DNA of 64,000 nucleotides, from IMG/VR virus record IMGVR_UViG_3300032223_002435, positions 2,604 to 66,603 of that record; one strand, 5' to 3'. The notes beneath the pieces are model-generated. The model saw only the letters and a list, made by a program, of their open reading frames with translations. It was not told the DNA's origin and did not search any database. The translations under genes were made by a program, and so were the position numbers. The DNA comes from a virus. Shown here piece by piece: positions 17,617 through 25,669 of this stretch (the stretch's first letter is position 1; every line of letters starts with the position of its first letter).

Positions 17617-18381
17617 TCAGAAAGCCATCATGTCGGCGGCAAGCATGGCGGCATCTATTGAATTGAAGCCGAAGGCGTAGGTCTTGAGCGCGCTGGTTCG
17701 CATTCTCCACGCCGAAGAATCGGTCTCCACTACAGGGCAAAACCCTGCGAAGGGATCAACAGAAGTGACAAGGCGCGCGGCGGTGGACAAGTGACCACGA
17801 AGCGCGGCGCGCCGTTTGCGTGAAGTGTCCGAGGCGAAGCGCATGAAGCACCGAGCGCGAAGGTCGCGCGCAATGCTGGCAAGGTGGAGGCGGCGCGCGC
17901 TTCCGCGATGATCCTGCGCGCCTAGTGGCGCGAAGTGTTCCAGCGCGTCGAGGATGGTCTCCTCCTCCGCGCGGCTCTGATCGTCGCGCGTGTTATTGAT
18001 GCGAAGCAATTTTCGCACCTTCTGGAAAATCTCCGCGATGCCGTCAGTCTTTCGGTGAGTGCCGAGAAGGTACTCTGTGAAAATCTCCTGCGCGGCGTCC
18101 TCCTTGTCGTGCAAGGAAAGGTCGCGCGCTGGGCGCGCGTTCCATGCCGCGCGCCTTGTGGAGATACTGACGCCGCGCCGAGGCTTTTCCGCGATGGACT
18201 CTCCGCGCGCGATGGTCTCGCGATGCGTCAGGTCTTGCGCGGTGAGTTTCGCCTTGGGTCGCTCGATGCGCCAAATAATGACGGAGGCGAGTTTCGCCGC
18301 CTCTTCAGAAGGCGCGCCGAGCGTGAGGCTTTCGCCGCGCGCGGTGATGGTCAGGGTCGGGGTGGTGGTGGTGGTTTGCAT
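17617..18381 (-). CDS. hypothetical early protein with weak ECF-sigma region-2-like segment
   Basis: 254 aa; HDKEDAAQEIFTEYL; first gene of the leftward arm. Confidence 0.6.
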   Translation of the reverse strand: MQTTTTTPTLTITARGESLTLGAPSEEAAKLASVIIWRIERPKAKLTAQDLTHRETIARGESIAEKPRRGVSISTRRAAWNARPARDLSLHDKEDAAQEIFTEYLLGTHRKTDGIAEIFQKVRKLLRINNTRDDQSRAEEETILDALEHFAPLGAQDHRGSARRLHLASIARDLRARCFMRFASDTSRKRRAALRGHLSTAARLVTSVDPFAGFCPVVETDSSAWRMRTSALKTYAFGFNSIDAAMLAADMMAF

Positions 18382-18410
18382 AGGGTGAAATAATGGCCGA
18401 AAAACTACAG

Positions 18411-18574
18411 ATTTTCAACCTTTATCCTTCTATTGATATGGGGTTGAGCCGTCAGTTATTCGACCGATTTTCAACCTTCATCCTTCTATTGATATGGGGT
18501 TGAGCCGTCAGTTATTCGACCGACCTTCAACCTTCATCCTTCTATTGATATGGGGTCGAGCCGTCAGTTATTCG
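18411..18574. repeat. three near-identical 56-bp tandem repeats; core also at 17594-17618
   Basis: Units start at 18411, 18467, 18523: (ATT/ACC)TTCAACCTT(T/C)ATCCTTCTATTGATATGGGGT(T/C)GAGCCGTCAGTTATTCG. Confidence 0.95.
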
Positions 18575-18745
18575 CGCCCATACGCCAGGACAATTAAACA
18601 TAGTTATGAATAACTAAACATACCGCCGGTAAAAAAAATTTGGTGATATATTAGCCGTCCGTATTTTTTATGTGAGTTAGTATCCGTCCGTGGGTTCTGT
18701 GAGTGGCTTTTAGGATTTCTGCATACCCGTCCGTGGTTTCCATGC

Positions 18746-18751
18746 GTTGAC
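18746..18751 (+). promoter_or_regulatory. GTTGAC late-gene upstream motif (one of at least 11 copies)
   Basis: TTGAC at 18747, ATG at 18767; same spacing at many structural genes. Confidence 0.75.
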
Positions 18752-18766
18752 CAAAGATTTATGGGC

Positions 18767-19015
18767 ATGGCTTCACTCGAATGGATGGAAATCTACCGGA
18801 CTTACTCTCCGGCGGAACTTGATGCGGAGATCATCGCGCTCAAAGGGCAGGCCACCCTCTACACAAGCCAGACTATGGGTGAAAAATCCTACGCCAAAGA
18901 TTTGGTGATGGTTCAAAACCGGCTTCAGGCAGCCGTCCGTGTTCGAAATGAGAGGTCGAGTCGTTACACCAATCCGTCCTATGGCGTTCCTGACTTCTCC
19001 AGCGGAGTAAACTAA
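18767..19015 (+). CDS. gpW-like head-tail adaptor
   Basis: Small helical protein immediately before a lambda-type portal; YTSQTMGEKSYAK hairpin. Confidence 0.65.
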   Translation: MASLEWMEIYRTYSPAELDAEIIALKGQATLYTSQTMGEKSYAKDLVMVQNRLQAAVRVRNERSSRYTNPSYGVPDFSSGVN

Positions 19016-20754
19016 TGAGCGCAAAGATCAATTTCCTAGACAGAGCAATCAGTTTTGTTTCCCCAGAGGCCGGTGTTCGTCGCGGCATGGCTCGGTCACA
19101 GCTTCGGTTGTTTGGTTACGATGCGGCTAATCCTGGCACAAAGCGTGGGCGTTCTGGAAGTGCATCCAAAAACGCTTCTTCCGAAAACTGGCGTAGTGCT
19201 CGCGACCGCATAAACCTCATGTGGGATAGCCGCGATGTCGTGCGAAATTTTGCCATTCTCAGAGGCATGGTTGCTAGGATCGTGCAGTATGTCTGTGACG
19301 GAACCAGCTATATTTCGCAGACCGGCGATGAGGGGGTTGATGGGGCATACCAAGATTACTTCAACCAGTGGGCAAAGAACGCCGACATAACAGGGCGCCA
19401 CAATTTTAGCGACCTGGTGACTATGGCCTTCTGGGCCATGCTTGTGGATGGCGATCATGGCTGGAACATGCTGACCATGCCGGTCGGGGGGGCGCCGACA
19501 ATTAAGATCCAACCGATTGAGGCCGACCGCATCGGGAATGTGTATAACCCTGCGGAGACGAACGAGGGAAATAAGATTGGCGGCATCTTGGTCGGCGACA
19601 TGGGCGAGCCCTTGGCATACGAGATCTACAAGCGTGGCCGGCTCAACGTCCAATACACCTTTGAGCAAGAGGTGCCGGCAGAGCAGTTCATCCATCTCTT
19701 TGACCCTACCCGAGTCGATCAGTATCGAGGCATTACCGCCCTCGCTACGGCAATCGCCCCCGCCCGCGACCTGTACGAGATCTACGAGTTCGAGATACAA
19801 GCGGCGAAGTGGCAAGTCGGCCACGCTGGCGTGATCCGAGTAGCAGATCCCTTCAAACAAGGCTCGGTCAGCCAATGGGACGGCAATACGGAGCCTGTGA
19901 CGAGCACTGGGGTCGGAACTGTCCAGATGGAGCCCGGCAAGATCCTGCGGCTCACGCAAGGCGAGGATGTGACCTTCTCCCCTGGCACGAACCGACCCAA
20001 CGGAGCATTCCTCAACCTCGTGCAAACAATGGTCAGGGAAATGGCCATGGCGCTGAATATGCCCTACGGCTTCCTCTACGACATGAGCACGTTCGGAGGC
20101 CATGCCAGCCGCATCGAGATCGCTCAGGCACAGCGTTGCATCCGTCGCTTCCAGAAGCTCCTCAAGGAGCAAGCCCTAGACCCCGTCCGCAATGCCGTGC
20201 TGGGGCTCGGCATCAGCGAGGGCGTCATCCCTGCCCACCCCCAATGGCAGAACGGCCGCTGGGGCTTTGGTGCCAGCCTCTCAGGCGACTACGGCAACGA
20301 CACAGCCGCCAACCTCCAGAAGTTGCAAGCCGGCCTCATCACTGCAAGCGACCTCATCTCCGAAGGAGGGCAAACCTTTGAAGAAGTAACCCGCCGCCAA
20401 GCCTCTGAAGTGCAGTATATGCAGAGAGTAGCGGCCGAGACAGGTGTGCCGATCGAACTCTTCACGACCCGCCTCTCCGGTGCCACCGAACTGCTGGCCG
20501 CCATGAACACGCCGCCACCTGCTCCCCCTGCCGGCTTAGTAGAAGCTGGCACGGACGTGAAGCCCATGATCGACATCCTCAAGAATGTCGGAGACGGCGT
20601 GATGGATCGTCAGAGTGCCATCAACACCCTCATGCAGATGTACGGCATGAGCAAAGCCGAGGCCGACAAGATCGTGCCAGAGTACCAAGAACCAGAGGTA
20701 GTTGCTGCTCCTGCGACACCCTCCAAGCCAGCCGATAAGGCTAAAGAGAAATGA
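19015..20754 (+). CDS. portal protein, lambda family
   Basis: GYDAA, SRDVVRN, DITGR, LVDGD, IEADRI, IHLFDPTRVDQYRGIT. Confidence 0.93.
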   Translation: MSAKINFLDRAISFVSPEAGVRRGMARSQLRLFGYDAANPGTKRGRSGSASKNASSENWRSARDRINLMWDSRDVVRNFAILRGMVARIVQYVCDGTSYISQTGDEGVDGAYQDYFNQWAKNADITGRHNFSDLVTMAFWAMLVDGDHGWNMLTMPVGGAPTIKIQPIEADRIGNVYNPAETNEGNKIGGILVGDMGEPLAYEIYKRGRLNVQYTFEQEVPAEQFIHLFDPTRVDQYRGITALATAIAPARDLYEIYEFEIQAAKWQVGHAGVIRVADPFKQGSVSQWDGNTEPVTSTGVGTVQMEPGKILRLTQGEDVTFSPGTNRPNGAFLNLVQTMVREMAMALNMPYGFLYDMSTFGGHASRIEIAQAQRCIRRFQKLLKEQALDPVRNAVLGLGISEGVIPAHPQWQNGRWGFGASLSGDYGNDTAANLQKLQAGLITASDLISEGGQTFEEVTRRQASEVQYMQRVAAETGVPIELFTTRLSGATELLAAMNTPPPAPPAGLVEAGTDVKPMIDILKNVGDGVMDRQSAINTLMQMYGMSKAEADKIVPEYQEPEVVAAPATPSKPADKAKEK

Positions 20755-23700
20755 GTGAATTATTTCGCAAGATAGAGGAGGCCGCGCGCCTTGGTAAAAA
20801 GAAAGGTCGCTCAGGCCGACTTGTTCCCAATCGTTCCGAGCTGTTCCCCCCACGCCCTAACCCCCTCCCCCCGAGTGATAAACGCTGGGATGAGGGGCTA
20901 GAGGGGATTCGCCAAATAAAAGCGGCTCTTGCGAGTGGAAAAAAGGAGTTTTCTGCCCTAAGCGATACCGAGAAGGCCGTTTGGAGGCATTACTTCTCTA
21001 GGGAGTTGACCGCCCTCCTAAAAGGAATGAAGCAATTCCAGTCTTACGCTAAGACTCCAGAAGAGGAGCGTCATGGCCTTTTAAAAACAGCCATCGGAGC
21101 CGCTGGCCTTGCCGCTGGCCTAACTGGAGCCGGTCACGCACTTAAGGGGACTGTTGCCGCCGCCGAACGTGCTGACATTGCTCGCAACGCTGTGAATCGC
21201 GTCGTTCGTGCCCAGCGGAACGCTAAAGCCGCCGCCATGGGTGTTGCCGCTGAGAAAGCCAAGGGAGCCAAGACCGCCGCAAAAGCTCGATACAAGGCCG
21301 GTAATGCCAGCTTCAAGAAAGCCGCTTCAAACCCGAATCTCTCCAAGGGAGAGAAGGCCGCATTCAAGCGTGCTCAAACTCGCTGGCAGGAGGCAAATCC
21401 CAACAACGAATTCGAGACCGTCATTGTTCAAAACCAGAAGCGTGATGCTCTTTCCAAGATTCGTGATGCTGCCAGCCTTGCCGCCAGCGTGGGATCGCTG
21501 GGCCTTTTGGGCTACGTCGGTTATCGCGGGCACGGGCTATACAAAAAGGTTTCCAAGGAAATCCCCAAGGTTGCCGCAACATTTCATGAGCACGCCCCCG
21601 CCGTTGCCGCACACGCCAAGGAAACCATGTCCAAGGTTTCGAGCGCGGCAGATGCTATCAAGGCAACCGCAGCCTCTGTGAAAAACGGACCTATCGCTGA
21701 CGGAGCCCCAAACGTGCTGAAGCGCGATAAGAAAGCGTTTTCTGACGAGAGGAAGCATTCGGTTCTTCTTCCCTTGATTGGGGGTGCCGCCATAGGGGCT
21801 GGAGCTGTCGCTATCCCCCAAGTGGCAAGGGCCGCCCGTCGCGTGGAAAAAGTTGCTAAAACCAATCTTCGGAAGGCAGGAAATGTGGCTGAATCTGTGG
21901 GTAGGACCCAGGATAATGTCAAGCACAGCACGTCGATCTATGCTGACCTTGGCAGAATCTATGGCGAGGCCAAGGGTGGCATTTACAACATCCTTCATCC
22001 CATCAATACATGGAAAGAAACCAAAGCTGGTTTTAAAGCCGGGATGAAGGGCAAAAAAAGCTATGCAACTCGCCCTCGCCCCGATTGGGCATTGTCGGCA
22101 AAATTGAAGATTAAGGAACTTGCTGAGGATTTCCGTCGCTATGAAGATGGCGTGCCATTTAACGGTAGGGTAGCCCACGATCGTTTCATCAAGACAATCC
22201 ATGAGGGGGATCTTGACCGCCGTGATCGGAATATCGTTCACGCCGCCGTTGCCGGCGGCCTAGCTGGAGCCCTTGTTCGTGGGCGCAAGCCAGTTCTCAA
22301 CAAGGTCGCTATTGGAGCCGCCCTCGGTGCAGGGGGCGTCATAGCCGTTCGCGGTGCTACTAATCATAGCCGCGATATTTATGGAGATCGCCCCCGCTGG
22401 GCAAAGCAGGCAGAAAACATCCCTGCACTTGCTGGTACAGCCGCGATTGCTGGCCTAGCCGCCAAGAGAGCAAAGCTGTTTGCTCGGAAGAATATGGTCA
22501 GGGCGCTGGCTAACCCTCACTTTTTTGAAAAGCAGTCTAATCCAACTATCAAGGCTGCTATTTTAGGCGGAAGCACAGGAGCAATCCTTGGGGCTATTCC
22601 TGGGTTAAAAATGAAATCAACGCTTGCCGGAACCCTTACGAGCATTGGAAGAGGTGCTGCCTTGGGAGGATCCCTTGCTGGAGGCGGTACCGCAATCGGA
22701 ACGGCTATTCTTGGTAAACCTAAAAATCATGAGGGCGCTCCAGTAACGAAAAGGGCCGCTCTTGGAGGAGCTATTGTTGGCGGCATTCTTGGAGGCACTG
22801 GCGTAGTTGCCGCGAGGAAATTCCCCGCATCCGTCAAGTGGACTGGCATCAACCTTGATAAACTTGCCAATCCCAAAACAGGATGGCGACCGGCCGCCTT
22901 CATGAAGAAGGCACCCCTTCCATTGGCAGCCGCCGCTGGGGCTGGCGCTGGCGCTGTAGTGGGTGGATCACACGCCGCAGATGAGGGGCAAGAAGTGGAT
23001 ACAGTGAATTCTCTTCAGGGAAAAAAGAAATTCTTTGAAGAATTCCGTGGCTATTCGCCATACGACGACGTAGCCGATGCGCGCAAACAAGCGTTCCATG
23101 CAAGTGGCGTCACTGCCGCCGTGGGTATGGCCGCCGCCGCAGGCCTCGGCTATCGCGGTGGATCTAAAGCTCAATTTGCGCGGACTGCCTCTCGTGTAAA
23201 GAAGTCGTTTAAAGAGACGAAAACCGCAAAGGCTTCCGCAAGAGCATGGCGTTTTGCCAGCCAGCAAGATTCCCAGCGTGCATCTAGGGCGGAAGCTCAA
23301 GCTAGGGATTGGGAGAATAAATACCGCAACGCTTCCTCGTCATCCAAGGGGGCAAGCAATTCTTCCCGCCAAGGCCCCCCTCCCCGTCATCGAGCCAAAG
23401 GCCCAACCAACCCGCACGCCGGCACTGCAAAAGCCGAGAAATGGGAGAAATGGCAGTCTATGAAACGAACAGCTTCCGAAAGCAATCACGAGGGGGAGCG
23501 TACCGCCGCTCAAGCCGCCGCTGATAAATGGCAGAAGAAATACAACCTCGCTCGCAAGATCAAGACCACACTCAAGGAGTTTGGTTTCTACAACCAGCCT
23601 CGCCGCGCTGGCGAGCAAGTCGGAACCGATAAGAACAACAACCCTCGCTATAGCCGCGAGCGCGGAACCTTTGCTAGCCCTGTTCGCTCGGCATACGGAG

Positions 23701-24476
23701 TTGAAGGGGATCTCCTATCAAACCAAGACGGAACCATGCCCACATTCGGTCAGGCGCAAATGATTCGCGGATTCTATAACGAAGGCAAGGGTATCCACAA
23801 GTGGGGCACTCGTGCCGCGCGCCTAGCCGGCGATACTGGAGATGTTTTTGCTGGCAACCCTCGCAAGCGTGATGCTTCTGGTCGCCCCCAAAAGCGCGAA
23901 TGGGAAAAGTCTTGGTTCAAAAATGCCGCTGGAGCCGCCGCTGCCGGTGGAGCCCTTGCTGGGGGGGCGTTTGTGACCAACAATACAGCTTGGGGACGAA
24001 AAAACATTCAGGGGAGACTTAAAAAGATTATTCGATCAGCCGCTAAACGGGGTTATCGGATCTTTTCCTCCAAGGTTAAACCTCACTTCTTTGACGAGTG
24101 GGCGGCCTATAATGGTTGGGATGTTCGCGATCCACGGGGCCGATCGGCCCGAGTGTTTGCGCCAGGCTCCCGCGCTCGCTACCGCCGCGAAAAAGAGTGG
24201 CATGAGAAAAAGGAAAACCGAGACCTTCTCTGGAAGGTAACGGCTGGCACGGCCGGAATTGGCGGAGCCGCCGTTGGCATATTAGCCGCGCGTAAACACG
24301 CCGGCCTTCCTGTGAACCCCTTTAGAACCGGCGGAGCAAAAGGCGTGTTCGACATGAAGGGCAACCCTGTTAGCGCCAAAGCTGGGCCTCGCTATCGTTC
24401 TAGCGTTTTCCCACCAGGGCATCCCGAAGAAGCGAAAGAGAGCATCCGCAAAAACGGATTTCACGTTGTAAAGTAA
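20751..24476 (+). CDS. large modular basic protein with many Gly-zipper hydrophobic segments; putative packaged polyprotein
   Basis: 1241 aa; repeated GxxxG segments separated by KKEFS/NNEFE/KKAFS/KELA/PHFF/KEFG linkers; in-frame internal start at 21027. Confidence 0.8.
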   Translation: MSELFRKIEEAARLGKKKGRSGRLVPNRSELFPPRPNPLPPSDKRWDEGLEGIRQIKAALASGKKEFSALSDTEKAVWRHYFSRELTALLKGMKQFQSYAKTPEEERHGLLKTAIGAAGLAAGLTGAGHALKGTVAAAERADIARNAVNRVVRAQRNAKAAAMGVAAEKAKGAKTAAKARYKAGNASFKKAASNPNLSKGEKAAFKRAQTRWQEANPNNEFETVIVQNQKRDALSKIRDAASLAASVGSLGLLGYVGYRGHGLYKKVSKEIPKVAATFHEHAPAVAAHAKETMSKVSSAADAIKATAASVKNGPIADGAPNVLKRDKKAFSDERKHSVLLPLIGGAAIGAGAVAIPQVARAARRVEKVAKTNLRKAGNVAESVGRTQDNVKHSTSIYADLGRIYGEAKGGIYNILHPINTWKETKAGFKAGMKGKKSYATRPRPDWALSAKLKIKELAEDFRRYEDGVPFNGRVAHDRFIKTIHEGDLDRRDRNIVHAAVAGGLAGALVRGRKPVLNKVAIGAALGAGGVIAVRGATNHSRDIYGDRPRWAKQAENIPALAGTAAIAGLAAKRAKLFARKNMVRALANPHFFEKQSNPTIKAAILGGSTGAILGAIPGLKMKSTLAGTLTSIGRGAALGGSLAGGGTAIGTAILGKPKNHEGAPVTKRAALGGAIVGGILGGTGVVAARKFPASVKWTGINLDKLANPKTGWRPAAFMKKAPLPLAAAAGAGAGAVVGGSHAADEGQEVDTVNSLQGKKKFFEEFRGYSPYDDVADARKQAFHASGVTAAVGMAAAAGLGYRGGSKAQFARTASRVKKSFKETKTAKASARAWRFASQQDSQRASRAEAQARDWENKYRNASSSSKGASNSSRQGPPPRHRAKGPTNPHAGTAKAEKWEKWQSMKRTASESNHEGERTAAQAAADKWQKKYNLARKIKTTLKEFGFYNQPRRAGEQVGTDKNNNPRYSRERGTFASPVRSAYGVEGDLLSNQDGTMPTFGQAQMIRGFYNEGKGIHKWGTRAARLAGDTGDVFAGNPRKRDASGRPQKREWEKSWFKNAAGAAAAGGALAGGAFVTNNTAWGRKNIQGRLKKIIRSAAKRGYRIFSSKVKPHFFDEWAAYNGWDVRDPRGRSARVFAPGSRARYRREKEWHEKKENRDLLWKVTAGTAGIGGAAVGILAARKHAGLPVNPFRTGGAKGVFDMKGNPVSAKAGPRYRSSVFPPGHPEEAKESIRKNGFHVVK

Positions 24477-24500
24477 TAGTTGACCAACCTCATAACCATC

Positions 24501-25463
24501 ATGAACACACATTTTGATCGCCTTATCGAACTATCTTCTAATTGCAAAGAATTTGGGGGCATTCCCATTACTCCACAGGAGGCCGCTCGTAAGAAGGGTC
24601 AGACGCCGCAAGGAAATGTGTCTCGCGCGGTTGGAACTAACCTCTTCATGCCTCTTGCGAGTGGGTATATCGGCGTTCCAGCGTCGGTTCACAATGCCGT
24701 AGACGCCGAGGCTGCTGGGCAAGTTTATCGCAAGCGCGACGCATACAAGGATGGCTGGAAACAAACAGGATCTATTATTGGTGGCGTCGCCGCCGCCGGG
24801 GCCGCTGGGGCTGGCGGGTCTTTGGCGGGTCACAAGATTGAAGAAAAGCTAGCTGAGCGAGCCGGGCGCAATTTAATGATTTCTCCATCAATTGTTCATG
24901 AACGAGCTCAAACAGCCGGCCTTATTGGAGCCGGACTTGGTTTGGCTGGCGGAGCGATTGGTGGCTACAAGTGGGCTCGAAATGCTGGTAAAAAGCGCAT
25001 CGAGTCCAACAAGCAGATGTCTGCTCTTGATCGCCTGACCGAGCTTTCTCGCAAGATCGAGATGGGCTTTTTCAATCCGACTAAGCAAGTTCCCGATTAT
25101 GAGGACGGCCAGTTCAATGGAATGAAAACTTCCGTCAACCCCGTCGGAGTCGTTGGCGATATCGCCGCCGCCGGTGCTGTTGGTGGAGCGGGATACCTTG
25201 GACACAAGGCTGTAATGGGAACCTATGGACAGCATCCCGCTACTCAGGGACTCAACGCTAGCCTTGGTGGCGGCGCTGGAAAGCCAATGAATATTCCCGT
25301 AAAGGACGCATATGCCAACCTGGGGAACGACCTCAAGGCTGGAGCCAAGTCCGCTTGGACAGGCGCATCACAAGTAGGATCCAAACTCGGCCCTGCCGGA
25401 AGCAAGGTTTCGGGGCTTGCTGGCATTCTCGGCAAACTCCGTAATGCCGCTGCCTTTGCTTAA
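24501..25463 (+). CDS. two-module Gly-zipper cargo-type protein
   Basis: ATG 21 nt after TTGAC; FDRLIELS...KEFG and LDRLTELS...GFF linkers. Confidence 0.8.
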   Translation: MNTHFDRLIELSSNCKEFGGIPITPQEAARKKGQTPQGNVSRAVGTNLFMPLASGYIGVPASVHNAVDAEAAGQVYRKRDAYKDGWKQTGSIIGGVAAAGAAGAGGSLAGHKIEEKLAERAGRNLMISPSIVHERAQTAGLIGAGLGLAGGAIGGYKWARNAGKKRIESNKQMSALDRLTELSRKIEMGFFNPTKQVPDYEDGQFNGMKTSVNPVGVVGDIAAAGAVGGAGYLGHKAVMGTYGQHPATQGLNASLGGGAGKPMNIPVKDAYANLGNDLKAGAKSAWTGASQVGSKLGPAGSKVSGLAGILGKLRNAAAFA

Positions 25464-25481
25464 TTTCAACAACCAACTACC

Positions 25482-25667
25482 ATGAGCAACATCAATACAT
25501 CCTCAGCTTGGGACTCCATCAAGACTTACCTTGCTAACTTCACGCACGGACTCGATTCCGAGATCAAGCATATCGAAGAGAAGCTCGGCCTCATCAAGGT
25601 CGAGGCTCCTAAAGAAGTTAAGGCCCCTAAAGCCGCCAAGGTTGAGGCCGCTTCCGAAGAGGCTTAA
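25482..25667 (+). CDS. small head-region protein
   Basis: 61 aa, CA-rich leader, KAPKAAK tail. Confidence 0.65.
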   Translation: MSNINTSSAWDSIKTYLANFTHGLDSEIKHIEEKLGLIKVEAPKEVKAPKAAKVEAASEEA

Positions 25668-25669
25668 TC

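Noticed and set aside
18411-18574. Mini-CRISPR array
   Set aside because: Sequences between the cores are near-identical, not unique spacers; no cas genes in the window
19096-20172. 358-aa minus-strand ORF and similar long antisense ORFs (9125-9898, 14681-15439, 39286-40041)
   Set aside because: Shadows of well-supported genes, expected from codon bias
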